Source: Asterias rubens (Eukaryota). From it: DNA of 64,000 nt. How positions within the stretch are numbered: the first letter of the stretch is position 1; each line of letters begins with the position of its first letter. Where the stretch lies: positions 3,286,001 through 3,350,000 of the forward strand of contig NC_047071.1 of NCBI RefSeq assembly GCF_902459465.1. Reading direction: 5' to 3'. Positions 22,301 through 34,300 of the stretch are shown piece after piece. Position numbers and translations under genes: made by a program. The notes beneath the pieces were generated by a model. It saw only the letters and a program-made list of their open reading frames with translations, ran no database searches and was not told where the DNA came from.

Positions 22301-22396
22301 TACAATGTTTTTCTATTCATGCAGATATTGCAGTACACCATCATACATCATTAAGCACGGTAGCCAAGTGATAAGCTACAGACAGAGAGGTGCACA
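19380..22396. promoter_or_regulatory. Divergent intergenic region of BHMT and DMGDH, including a probable non-coding DMGDH first exon ending near 21443
   Basis: Head-to-head start codons about 3.0 kb apart. An acceptor tttttctattcatgcag (~22324) lies upstream of the DMGDH ATG, and a donor-like tag|gtagcg lies at 21443. Individual TF sites were not identified. Confidence 0.4.
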
Positions 22397-25300
22397 ATGA
22401 GTGGTATACTTTATGGACGATGTGCACAGTACCTGTTAAGATCCCATCCAGTATACCAATCTGGTTGTTCTAAACTCCGCCATGTTGCACCATTCTCTAC
22501 TGGATACATTACCCATTCAAGGTAACAATAACATTACTATGCAAAAGCATTTATTGTGAACACCCTGTTGCCATAGAGATGACCTGTACAATCAAATCCA
22601 AAGCTCTTGTCAGAGAAAAAGCCCTCTAGCTGATGGAAATTAATGTAATAATTTTCCAAGATTATCATGAGTGACATCCCTATACATTTGTGCATTCAGA
22701 GTTCTATGGAGAAAGGAGCCAACTAATTCTCATCGCAATGGATGGTGTCATACACCAATAATATAACAACATGTCTGATAATGGTGATATTAAAATCATT
22801 GAAGCACTAAAAACTCTTTGATTATTTTGCAGTGGTGGCCAGGATGCTACAGCAGGAAAGTTAAATAAGAGGCTAAAGGAGACGGCTGAAGTTCTTATAA
22901 TTGGTGGAGGATGCGTAGGAACCAGCATTGCTTATCATCTTGCCAAGGCAGGAATGAAAGATGTTGTACTTCTAGAGAAGTCAGAGCTCACTGCGGGAAG
23001 CACATGGCATGCTGTAAGTCACACAAAAAAAGCCCCTTAATTGTCATTTGTAGATATTGTTAAAAACCTACAAATATAAACACTGTCAATATCTAGCATT
23101 GTACAAACCTGTAGCTTTCTAATTTTAGTGTAATCTTGATGAAAGAATAAGATGCAACCCTCAAATTTTAGCACCAAAGCTGGTGTCAGAAAACAAGTTT
23201 ATAAATCAATTTAATTGTGTATTTAGAGGAGATTTCTTTTAATTGTGTTTTCCCAAATCCTCATAATATATTCCTAAATTCACACTCCAATTGAAATCAA
23301 CTTGTACGTAGTTAGGATTGTAGTCAACTTCTACTTCGCACCCACAGAACATTAATCTCTGAACAGGAAACCACTAATGAGAGAAATTACAAGAGAGATC
23401 TAGCGCCAAACATTCTTCAGATTAGAGGATTTCGAAATTTATATTGTTCATTAATACAACATAAATGATATACTGGATAGATTTGACATGTTTTCTTTGC
23501 TACTTATTTCTACCTATAGGCTGGACTAACAACATACTTTCATCCTGGAATCAATCTAAAGAAAATTCATTACTACAGCTGTAAACTCTTTGATCAACTA
23601 GAAGAAGAAACTGGTCAGGTAGGGGCTTAAATACTTCATCCATGGTCCTTGAGTAGTTCTAGTCTAAACTCTTTGGCACCAATTGAATGAGAAATGGTGT
23701 GACTATAGAGCTATATAGCTTTATGGGTGTCACACATGAGTGGAACGAATACTATCAATCCTGTTGGTTTTAAAGGCAGTGAACACTATTGGTAAGTGCC
23801 AAAGACTAGCCTTCACAATTGGTTTTCTCAACATATTATATATGCATAAAATAACAAACCTGTGAAAATTTGAGCTCAATCGGTCATCGAAGTTGCGAGA
23901 TAATAATGAAAGAAAAATAACCCTTGTCACACGAAGTTGTGTGCGTTTAGATGGTTGATTTCGAGACCTCAAGTTCTAAACTTGAGGTCTTGAAATCAAA
24001 TTCGTGGAAAATTACTTCTTTCTCGAAAACTATGGCACTTCAGAGGGAGCCGTTTCTCACAATGTTTTATACCATCAACCTCTCCCCATTACTCGTCACC
24101 AAGAAAGGTTTTATGCAAATAATTATTTTGAGTAATTACCAATAGTGTCCACTGCCTTTAAGGGCTATAATTTCTAAGACAGTGCAGTTCCCTGTAAAAA
24201 CATCCAGGATTATGGTTTGGACTAGCACCAAACTTTCTGGGATGACATACTATGGAACTTTCTGAGTTTAAGATAACATCTGCAGGTAGCTTATAAAACC
24301 AGATACTTAACTTGAGTTACTGTGTGGATGGTAGATTGTGTTTTCTCTATACCCTTTTGGACTAGCGCAACGGCAAACATGATAATAATAATAATAATAA
24401 TATAAATTTATAATGCGCACTTTTCCAGAAAACCGATCAAGGCGCCTACACAAAATGAAAACATTATACAATAGAAAATGAAGAATAAACAAAACATAAT
24501 GAAACCCAATGAAAGTCTAAGTGAACAAGTGTGTTTTAAGTTCCCTCTTGAAGTTGTTGAGAGATGTTGTTTGGCGAAGAGAGACAGGGAGCTTTTTCTA
24601 TACGGCAGGAGTAGCTTTGGCGAAAGCACGGTCTCCGTAACGAATTGTTCTAGACCTTGTTATTAATTTCATCTATTGTTACTGATACCATGTTTTTAAA
24701 TCTTGACTTCTATATTATACAGCAAGTTGGATTTCATAAGCCAGGTAGTTTACGTCTACTCACAACACCCGACCGAATGGATGAAGCTAAGTATCAAATG
24801 TCACGTGCCGGCTGGAACCAAGCAGTTCAAGAATTGATTAGCCCAGAGAAAGTGGCTGAAATACATCCGCTACTTAATATGGATGGTGTAAGTGAATGTG
24901 TAACACTATAAATAACGGCTACTCGTGGTAAAGTTGCTCTTTGAAAACATAAAGTCATAAGTGACAAAAAGTTCAAAGCAAAAGTGTAATGTCAAACAAA
25001 ATTGCATAAAGAGTCAAAAGTGACAAAGTAAAAATGTTATATTCATTTTGGTTTTACCCATAACCGATGTGTGTTAGCACTGTTGGTTCAGTACTTTCCC
25101 GATTTGTGTGAACAAAATCACAGGCATATTACTGAGGTGGGATTCGAACCCATGACCTTTGCAAATCTAGAGCAGTGTCATACCAACTAGACAATTAGAG
25201 GCAGTTCGAATCCTATCTTTTAAAAAAATATAATGTCAAATAAAATCGCATAAAGAGTTTTCACGATTCTGAGTCTTTGCAGATACTTTGTGGTATTTAT

Positions 25301-28300
25301 AAGACACTTTGTTTATTTTGCTTAGATACTTTGTGGTATTTATAAGACACTTTGTTGATTCTGTTTATATTCTTGGTGGTGTTTATAAGACACTTTATTG
25401 TTTATTTTGCTTAGATACTTGGTGGTATACTCAATCCAGATGATGGTCATATTGATCCTTACTCTCTGACCCAAGCATATGCAATCGGCGCTCGCAAGTA
25501 TGGTGCTGATCTGTATATGCCAGCGAGTACCCAAAGCCTAAAACCTCGTGAAGACGGAGGATGGGATGTCGAGACTGAGCATGGTACCATACATGCTAAA
25601 GTGGTTGTCAATGCTGCAGGTACTGTATACCTAGTTATAAGAAGGTTGGGAACCACCCTAGTGTATTGCGTTTTTAAATTAGTTATGTTTATTTGTTGTT
25701 GCATCTATACCATACATCCTTTTGGTTGGTAAACAGTTTACAACAGGTTTTATCTAGCTTGTTTAAACCATTGTCTTATTTATACCTTTGGTAATAAATA
25801 TACTTGTGGTCTGAAAACGAACAAGACCTCAACTTAAATGCTTGTGAAACAATTTTACCATTCTGAAATGGTATTGAATCAGTACAAACCAACAGTTTAA
25901 ACTGTTGATTCTTTGACAATCAAGCAGTTGAAGTGGAATATTTGGAACTGAACTCTTTAATGGATTCTCCAACCTCACAAACTGAAACAACAATTTGATT
26001 TACTTCAGGTTTCTGGGCTACTGATGTTGGACGTATGGTTGGTTTAGAGTTGCCTATGGTAGCTATCCAACATCAGTATGTGATTACATCATCTATACCT
26101 GAGGTTGAAGCATTGGAACGTGAACCACCAGTTATCCGTGATCTTGAGAATTCTTACTACTTAAGACAAGAGCGATCTGGTCTACTCTTTGGTCCTTATG
26201 AGAAGTCTCATATGATGAAGCAACAAGACAATTGGATTCGTGATGGAGTACCACAAGGTGACATGATATTCATTTATAATTTGTCTTAATATCATGCTTG
26301 ACCTCAAGACCAAAACATCTTTTAAAGCCATTATACACTTTCGGTACAGAAAAAAAAAAGTTCACAGATTTAAAAATAATTCACGGGTTTACAGAAGGTA
26401 ATAGTGAAAGTCTTCTCTTGAAATATTGTTCCATGAAATGCTTTACTTTTTGAGAAAACATTAAAACAATATCAATTCTCAATAGCGAGAATTGCAGATT
26501 TATTATAAACACATGTCATGACACGGCAAAACGCGCAAAAACAGGAGTAGGTTTTCCCGTTAGTTTCTCCCGACTCCGATGACCGATTGAGCCTAAATTT
26601 TCACAGGTTTGTTATTTTATATATAAGTTGTGATACACGAAGTGTGGTACTTTGACAATACTGTTTACCGAAAGTGTATAATGGCTTTAAAAAGCCTTAC
26701 TGGAGGTAAAACGCTTCTTGTCTCCTATTAAGTTTCCATGAAAAGCCACATTATAAAATACAAAACCATTTATGTTAACTGGGTATGTACAAGACACCCA
26801 AACCCAACATCTAATGCTAAATACCCAGAGGCTTGGTAGTTGCCGTGTCATGCTTGATGATTGCCCTTCAGGATGATGTACTTTCATTTAAAAAAAGGGA
26901 GGGTCCATGGTTTTGGTGAAGGTCACTGGTTGTGCAAAGGTACCCAGTTGGAAAGTATATACAAAACCAATGGGTACTGTTGCCCCAACAAGTTGAATAG
27001 GAGTAACCCGATTGTAAGTGTTTACACATTGTTTTGTGTGTGTAACTATGGCATGAGAAAACAAGAGAGACCTGAGAACAAAAGAGGTATACACAATGTA
27101 GGGACTTGAAACACTACATGTATGTGGACTTGCCCAAGTCCACACATTGATTTTACCATGTTGAAGAATCTGTTTCCTTGGGTGCACAGAGCAAAGTAAT
27201 GTCCACAGAGTGTATGATAATGTAACACAGAGCTGTGAACCTTCTGGTTTGTTTACTATAACTAGGTTTTGGCAAGGAGTTATTTGAGAGTGACATCGAT
27301 CGCATCATGGAGCACGTTGAGGGCGCTATGAAACGAGTACCTGTCCTACAGAAAGCTGATATTCAGAGCGTTGTATGTGGACCTATCACCTACAGCCCTG
27401 ATGTACTGGGTATGGTTGGACCTTTCCAAGGACTTAGAAACTTCTGGCTTGCTTGTGGTACTGGGTAAGATATTATCAATAGGAAATTTACATTTAAACA
27501 GCCAATGGAAAATGTGTATGACATATTAATAGTAGTTATTGTACCGTCACAGCCAAGTTGTACTTCGTTTTTAAAGTTGAACACATGCATGGTTAATATT
27601 TAGAAAGACAAACTGAAGTCTGCTTCCCTTACTTTATCATCTTTGACTGCTCTTAGGTATGGAATCATCCACTCTGGAGGTATGGGGAAATATCTCAGTG
27701 ATTGGATAATTGAAGGAGAACCACCCTATGATCTGACTGAATTAGACGCCAATCGCTATGGCAACTGGATTACTAAGTAAGTTATTTAAATAACTTATTT
27801 TACTCAATGTTAAAGAAGAATATTATGTTTTTTATCTTTTGATCATACATTTCATACAATTCATACATTTTGAAAGACTTTCAACATGTAGGAAGAACTT
27901 AAAAGCAGTGGACACTATTGGTAATTACTCAAAATAGTTATTAGCATAAAACCGTTCTTGGTGACGAGTAATTAGGAGAGGTTGATGGTATAAAACATTG
28001 TGAGAAACGGCTCACTCTGAAGTGCCATAGTTTTCAAGAAAGAAGTGAATGTCCATCAATTTGATTTTGAGACCTATAATTTAGAACTTGAGGTCTCGAA
28101 ATCAACCATCTAAACCCAAACAATATCGTGTGACAAGGGTGTTTTTTCTTTCATTATTATTTCGCAACTTCGATGACCGATTGAGCTCAAATTTTCAAAG
28201 GTTAGTTATTTTATGCATATGTTGAGATACACCAACTGTGAAGGCTAGTCTTTGACAATTACCAATAGTTTCCACTGTCTTTAAACATCTTGGGACAAAG

Positions 28301-31300
28301 TAGGGAACTTTTGTACATGAAGATTTTGCCATCCTTCAATTTTGTTGATTTGTTTGATTTTAACAGAGAGTACACTAGTACGAAAACACGAGAATCTTAT
28401 GGTATGAACAATGCCATAGGCTGGGCTAGAGAAGAGAGATGGGCTGGTAGACCAACAAGACGAGTATCTGGAATCTATGATAAACTGAAAGCAAGGGGAG
28501 CCGAGTTTGGTTTCCATGCAGGTATGATGTCAGTCAGTATACAACCAATTACATGGTGAAGTCAATAACATAATAATAATAATAAAGTGGTAGTCAAGGA
28601 ATACAATGGTACTACATTGTGTCTGTAAGAACGAAAAAAGATGGGGATAACATTTGGTTGTACCAATCCTGAATCAAGTGTGTTATGGTGGTGTACTATA
28701 ATGTTCTTTTAATCCATCAATTGCAACTAAATGGGACATTTGCAATACACCCACTGACTATGTAGTTCTCATAGGACCATTGGTTCTTGATAATAAACAC
28801 CATTGTGCCGTCCCATGTTTTGTCAAGTGATTAAAAATAATAATAATAAGAATAATATTTAAAATTTATATTGCGCCCCCTTACATACTGTATACAAACT
28901 GATCAGAGGCGCAGAACACTTGTTAAAAAGCACAGAGTGGAAGAAAAAGACAAAGAAAAAAGACTGGTCACCAGGCCAGTGCCCAAACAAAAGTATGGGG
29001 ATACGTCTGTCCCGCCAACAGAGAACTAATTAATTACTTAATACATAGGCCTATCTCTGCTGGCATCGGTAATGTTGCTAATGTGAAGGAGGCCCCTAAT
29101 GTCTGATGGTAGATTATCTGAACAATAAACATGGCTGTTTATGAGCCATCCATTGTTATGAGGCCACTATCTTTGTTATGTTGTTGATAAATTGATCAAC
29201 TCTATTGATTACTCGGTAATCAATTTATCTAAGTTACTTTACTTTACTTCTTGTTGGCAGGACAAATTAAGTTGAACTCCAACCTGAATCGCTCTGTACA
29301 AAATTCAGCCTTCAGGCTGCTGCAGGACTGTTAATAAACCAACAAGATCAGCCATTCACTTCTAAATACAAACTGAATATGGGTACTGACCAGGGCCCAA
29401 TTTCATAGAGCTGCTTAAGCACAAAATTTTGCTTAAGCAAAAAAATCCTTGCTTAGTAAAATCAGATTACCGGCCAAGACTCCACTCAATTGTTATGCTA
29501 AGTGAACAACAGCTAATTACCAGTCACAATCAATGTATATGGCATGAAATTTTTGCCAGTAACATGTGAGAAATAAGCGAGCTATTTTCGTGCTTAAGCA
29601 AATTTGTTGCTTAAGCAGCTCTCTATGAAATTGGCCCCAGTACTGAAGTGGCACTAAAATAACAATAACAATTTTAAATATTTCCAATTTGTAGTTTTGT
29701 AGTGAGTACTCTGTGTCATTCTTGTATTAGGTTGGGAGCAACCTCATTGGTTTGCCTTAGATGGAGATGAGGCTGGGTATCGACAAAGTTTCCATCGTTC
29801 CAACTGGTTCAATCCAGTAGGGAGGGAATATGAAATGGTGATGAACCGAGGAGGAATTATTGATATATCTCCCTTTGCCAAGTTTGAAGTAACAGGAAAA
29901 GACGTACATCAATACCTTGATAATCTTGTTGCTAACAAGATTCCTGCAGTAAGTTTAGTTTACTTGTAAGTCATTAGGGGTAAATCTGTTAGCTGCATCA
30001 ATTTAACCATTTAGAGCTAGGTCAATGCTATGGTAACTCTTAGCCACAAAACAAACACATATCTGTAAGTAACTAAGATTTAACTATCTTGCTTCATTTA
30101 TGGCCTATTGATCTATTTACTGCATGATAAGGAATAACAATAATATTAAATGTTTTACAGTGCAATTCCATAGACTTTTCATTGCGCTCCTAACATTACC
30201 ACCCCTGGTCTTTGGGCCATCTATTTCATTCCTTTAACCATCATAGCTCCCTGGGGAGTATGCAGTTTGTATATATGAGCTAAGCTAAATCAATCACAAG
30301 AACCATCTGTGCCCTCACAGGTACCAATTTACCACCGAGGGCTGAGAACATAGAGTTATATATGAGAACTAGAGGGCGCACGAGTGATGCTTCGTGCACA
30401 AACGCCAAGGGATCGCAAGATGACAAGCGCGTCATTCTGCACGCCCGTTGAATATGAAATACATGTTTGAATTTTTTTTTTATTGAACGCTCACGCGATG
30501 CTGTTTGTTCAACTTACCAAATGGCCGCACAAACACACGCTGTGAGATGCCAGTTTTGTCAACGTAGAAAATGGCCGCCTGCGCACATGCCGGAAGCGCA
30601 TATATAGGCCAGTGCGCCCTCTAGTTCTGATATATAACTCTATGGCTGAGAAGCAGTTATAGTCTAGTGTCTTGTTCAAGGACACAAGTGTCATGACCGG
30701 GACTCGAACCTACACCCTGATGACTCAGGCAACCAGAGCTCGAGTCTGATGCGCTGAACTGCTTGGCCATGTCACGCTACCTGATACTAATTTATTTGTT
30801 AGTGCATGGAGGTTTCTTTCCTCGTTGGTTAGTGTTCTAACAGATACTACTTTATTTGTTTATGCATGGAGGTTCCTTCCTCGTTGGTTTGTTCAATAAC
30901 AGAGTACTATTATGTTGCCCTTCAGGTTGGCCGTTGCAGTGTCTGTCACATTCTGTCACCCAAAGGTAAAGTGTATGCTGAAGTAACTATCAGTCATCTT
31001 GAAGAGGACAAATTCCTGGTCATAACTGGTTCTGGGGTGGAGCTTCATGATCTCAGGTTCGTATTCTATTTACATCTCACCGTATCCTGAAAACCATTGG
31101 ATACAGGTGAAGAGTAGATGATTTAAGGAACACGTTTGCCTTGGATCGGACGAGTTGGTCTATAAAAAGCGTTTGTAACCGGTTTTTTTAGAATGCATAT
31201 GGTTGGAAAGATGTTTTAAAAGTAAAATACAATGATCCACACAAGTTTGCTTCGAAATTGCGTGGTTTTTCTTTTACTGTGCGAACTAACACGGTCGGCC

Positions 31301-34300
31301 ATTTATGGGAGTCAAAAATTTGACTCCCATAAATGGCCGACCGTGTTAGTCGCTGAGGTAAAAAGAAAACCGTACAATTTCGAGGCATGTTTGTGTGGAT
31401 CATTGTATTCTACTTTTACAACATCTTTCTACCCATATGCATTTTATTAAAAACGCTTTTCAAAGACCAACTCGACCGATACAAGGCTATGTGTTCCTTT
31501 AAAAGTCTTATTAAGATGAATTAATTTGTAACTCTCTCAGAAATATATGAGTCCATACCAAGATTAAGAAACTTGGCATAGTCAACATTGGCTACAAAGT
31601 TACTGTCACCAGAAATATTTCAATAAAGAAACGGAAAATAACTCTGCTCTTTTGACATTTGTAGGTGGATGGAGGACTTTGCCTGGAAGGGAAACTATGA
31701 TGTTAAGCTTAACAACGTATCTGATAATGTGGCATGCTTGAGTCTTGCTGGTCCATTATCCAGAGATGTACTCTCAACAATCACTGATGCAGACATTAGT
31801 CATGAAGCATTCTCATTTATGGATGTCAAACGTATCAACATTGGAGGAGTGCCTGTAGATGCCATCAGAATCTCCTATACTGGTATGACATTTATTATTA
31901 CATGAGGTTGATCTGAGGTTTGGGGTGAGGGGCTGATAGATGCCACCAGAATCTCATATGCTGGTATGACATTTATTATTACATGAGGTTGATCTGAGGT
32001 TTGGGGTGAGGGGCTGATAGATGCCACCAGAATCTCATATGCTGGTATGACATTTATTATTACATGAGGTTGATCTGAGGTTTGGGGTGAGGGGCTGATA
32101 GATGCCATCACAATCTCCTATACTGGTATGACATTTATTATTACATGAGGTTGTTCTGAGGTTTGGGGTGTGGGGCTGATAGATGCCACCAGAATCTCCT
32201 ATACTGGTATGACATTTATTATTACATGAGGTTGTTCTGAGGTTTGGGGTGAGGGGCTGATAGATGCCATCACAATCTCATATGCTGGTATGACATTTAT
32301 TATTACATGAGGTTGATCTGAGGTTTGGGGTGAGGGGCTGATAGATGCCACCAGAATCTCATATGCTGGTATGACATTTATTATTACATGAGGTTGATCT
32401 GAGGTTTGGGGTGAGGGGCTGATAGATGCCATCAGAATCTCCTATACTGGTATGACATTTATTATTACATGAGGTTGATCTGAGGTTTGGGGTGAGGGGC
32501 TGATAGATGCCATCAGAATCTCCTATACTGGTATGACATTTATTATTACACGAGGTTGATCTGAGGTTTGGGGTGAGGTGCTGATAGATGCCACCAGAAT
32601 CTCATATGCTGATATGCAATTTATTATTACATGAGGTTGATCTGAGGTTTGGGGTGAGGGGCTGATAGATGCCACCAGAATCTCATATGCTGGTATGACA
32701 TTTATTATTACATGAGGTTGATCTGAGGTTTGGGGTGAGGGGCTGATAGATGCCACCAGAATCTCATATACTGGTATGACATTTATTATTACATGAGGTT
32801 GTTCTGAGGTTTGGGGTGAGGGGCTGATAGATGGTATCACAATCTCCTATACTGGTATGACATTTATTATCACATGAGGTTGTTCTGGGGTTTGGGGTGA
32901 GGGGCTGATAGATGCCATCACAATCTCCTATACTGGTATGACATTTATTATCACATGGGTTTGGTGTGAGGGGCTGTAGATGCAATCAGATCTCCTATAG
33001 GCTACTGGTATGAAATTCCTTATCAGGTTATTATGGGGCAACTAGATTGGTGGTGGGCCATTATCATTTGTAGATGCAATACACCACAAGTGCTTTTTAA
33101 AGGGTTATTGTCCCTACCCATGGTGTCCGTTCATTGCCCTTGGTGTCGGAACTTTTTTCCTGGCCCATAACTCTACTTACAATTGTCGCCTGGACTTGCA
33201 GCTTGGGTGGGGGTTGCCTTTGAGAAAGGAAAGTTTAGATAATTGTTTGGGGTCAAAAGGTCAACAGTTAAGGTCATGGTGATTGGTTATAGCTAAATGG
33301 TTTCTGAACCGTTACTCCAGTTAAATATAATACTTCGTAATTGCAACTTGGGTGGGGGTTGCTCTTGGGGACTGAAAAGTCAAGGGATTGGTTTGAAGTA
33401 AAATTGTTAAATGCCCAGGTCATATTTGTCAGGTATTGGAACATGGTTGAGTGATGTTTTCGATTTGTAACTATTTACAAGGTCCTGACCATATTTTATC
33501 CCTGAAGGTGAACTGGGCTGGGAATTCTACCACAGCAGTGAAGACACTGCTAAGCTCTATGATGCACTACTTGAAGCTGGCAAACCATTTGGTGTTAGTG
33601 ACTTTGGAACCTATGCACTAAATACAATGCGCATTGAGAAAGGCTTCCGTATGTGGGGACAAGAGGTAAAATGATCTCCGGTTTGGATTAAATGGTTTCA
33701 AAAATGTTCAAAGGCAAAATGCAAGGAAACTGAACTAAGGAGTTTCAGTCAACATCATTTCTTTTTAACTGGAATTTAAAATACATTCAATTGATGGAAA
33801 ATACAAGTTTTTTTTCTCTTTTCATACGACAGTCATGTGGGAAGTATCTTCAATGTTTGGGTACCATAATAACTTAAGATTAAAATAAAAAAGGTTTGGC
33901 CGTTATCAACATCGTATGATCCCCAACTGTAAAATACAAAAACAAGTATTGCTCTTGTCCACTTGAGCTCTATCCTAATGGGTTATGTAATTCAAAACAA
34001 ATTATTTAGCATCTAAATAATATTTGTACTTTGGATCTAGCCCTATGGGATTTATCTTTGACTACCTTTTGTGAATACGAATGCAAATATTGATGAAGAA
34101 TCTTTTAAATCCTACTTTAGATATATTCTTATTGACATTAATTCTTTTACCGGTTTAATCCAGTTAGTTTGTTTTACTGTTCCACACTGTAGTTTTTTTT
34201 TGCCTGTACTTATAAAACCCCATTGTGGGATAATCAAGTTTTTTGTTTTTATCTTATCTTATCTTATCTCATTTATAACCAAGTACGGTTGGATTATTTA

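Noticed and set aside
24408-24666. ORFs at 24408-24629 and 24478-24666
   Set aside because: They are alternative frames over the L2 LINE remnant; the meaningful frame has a nonsense mutation.
31875-32985. Minus-strand ORFs with a 27-aa repeat ([27 protein letters not shown])
   Set aside because: A by-product of the 81-bp (multiple of 3) intronic minisatellite. The ORFs are interrupted by stops and lie antisense within a DMGDH intron.
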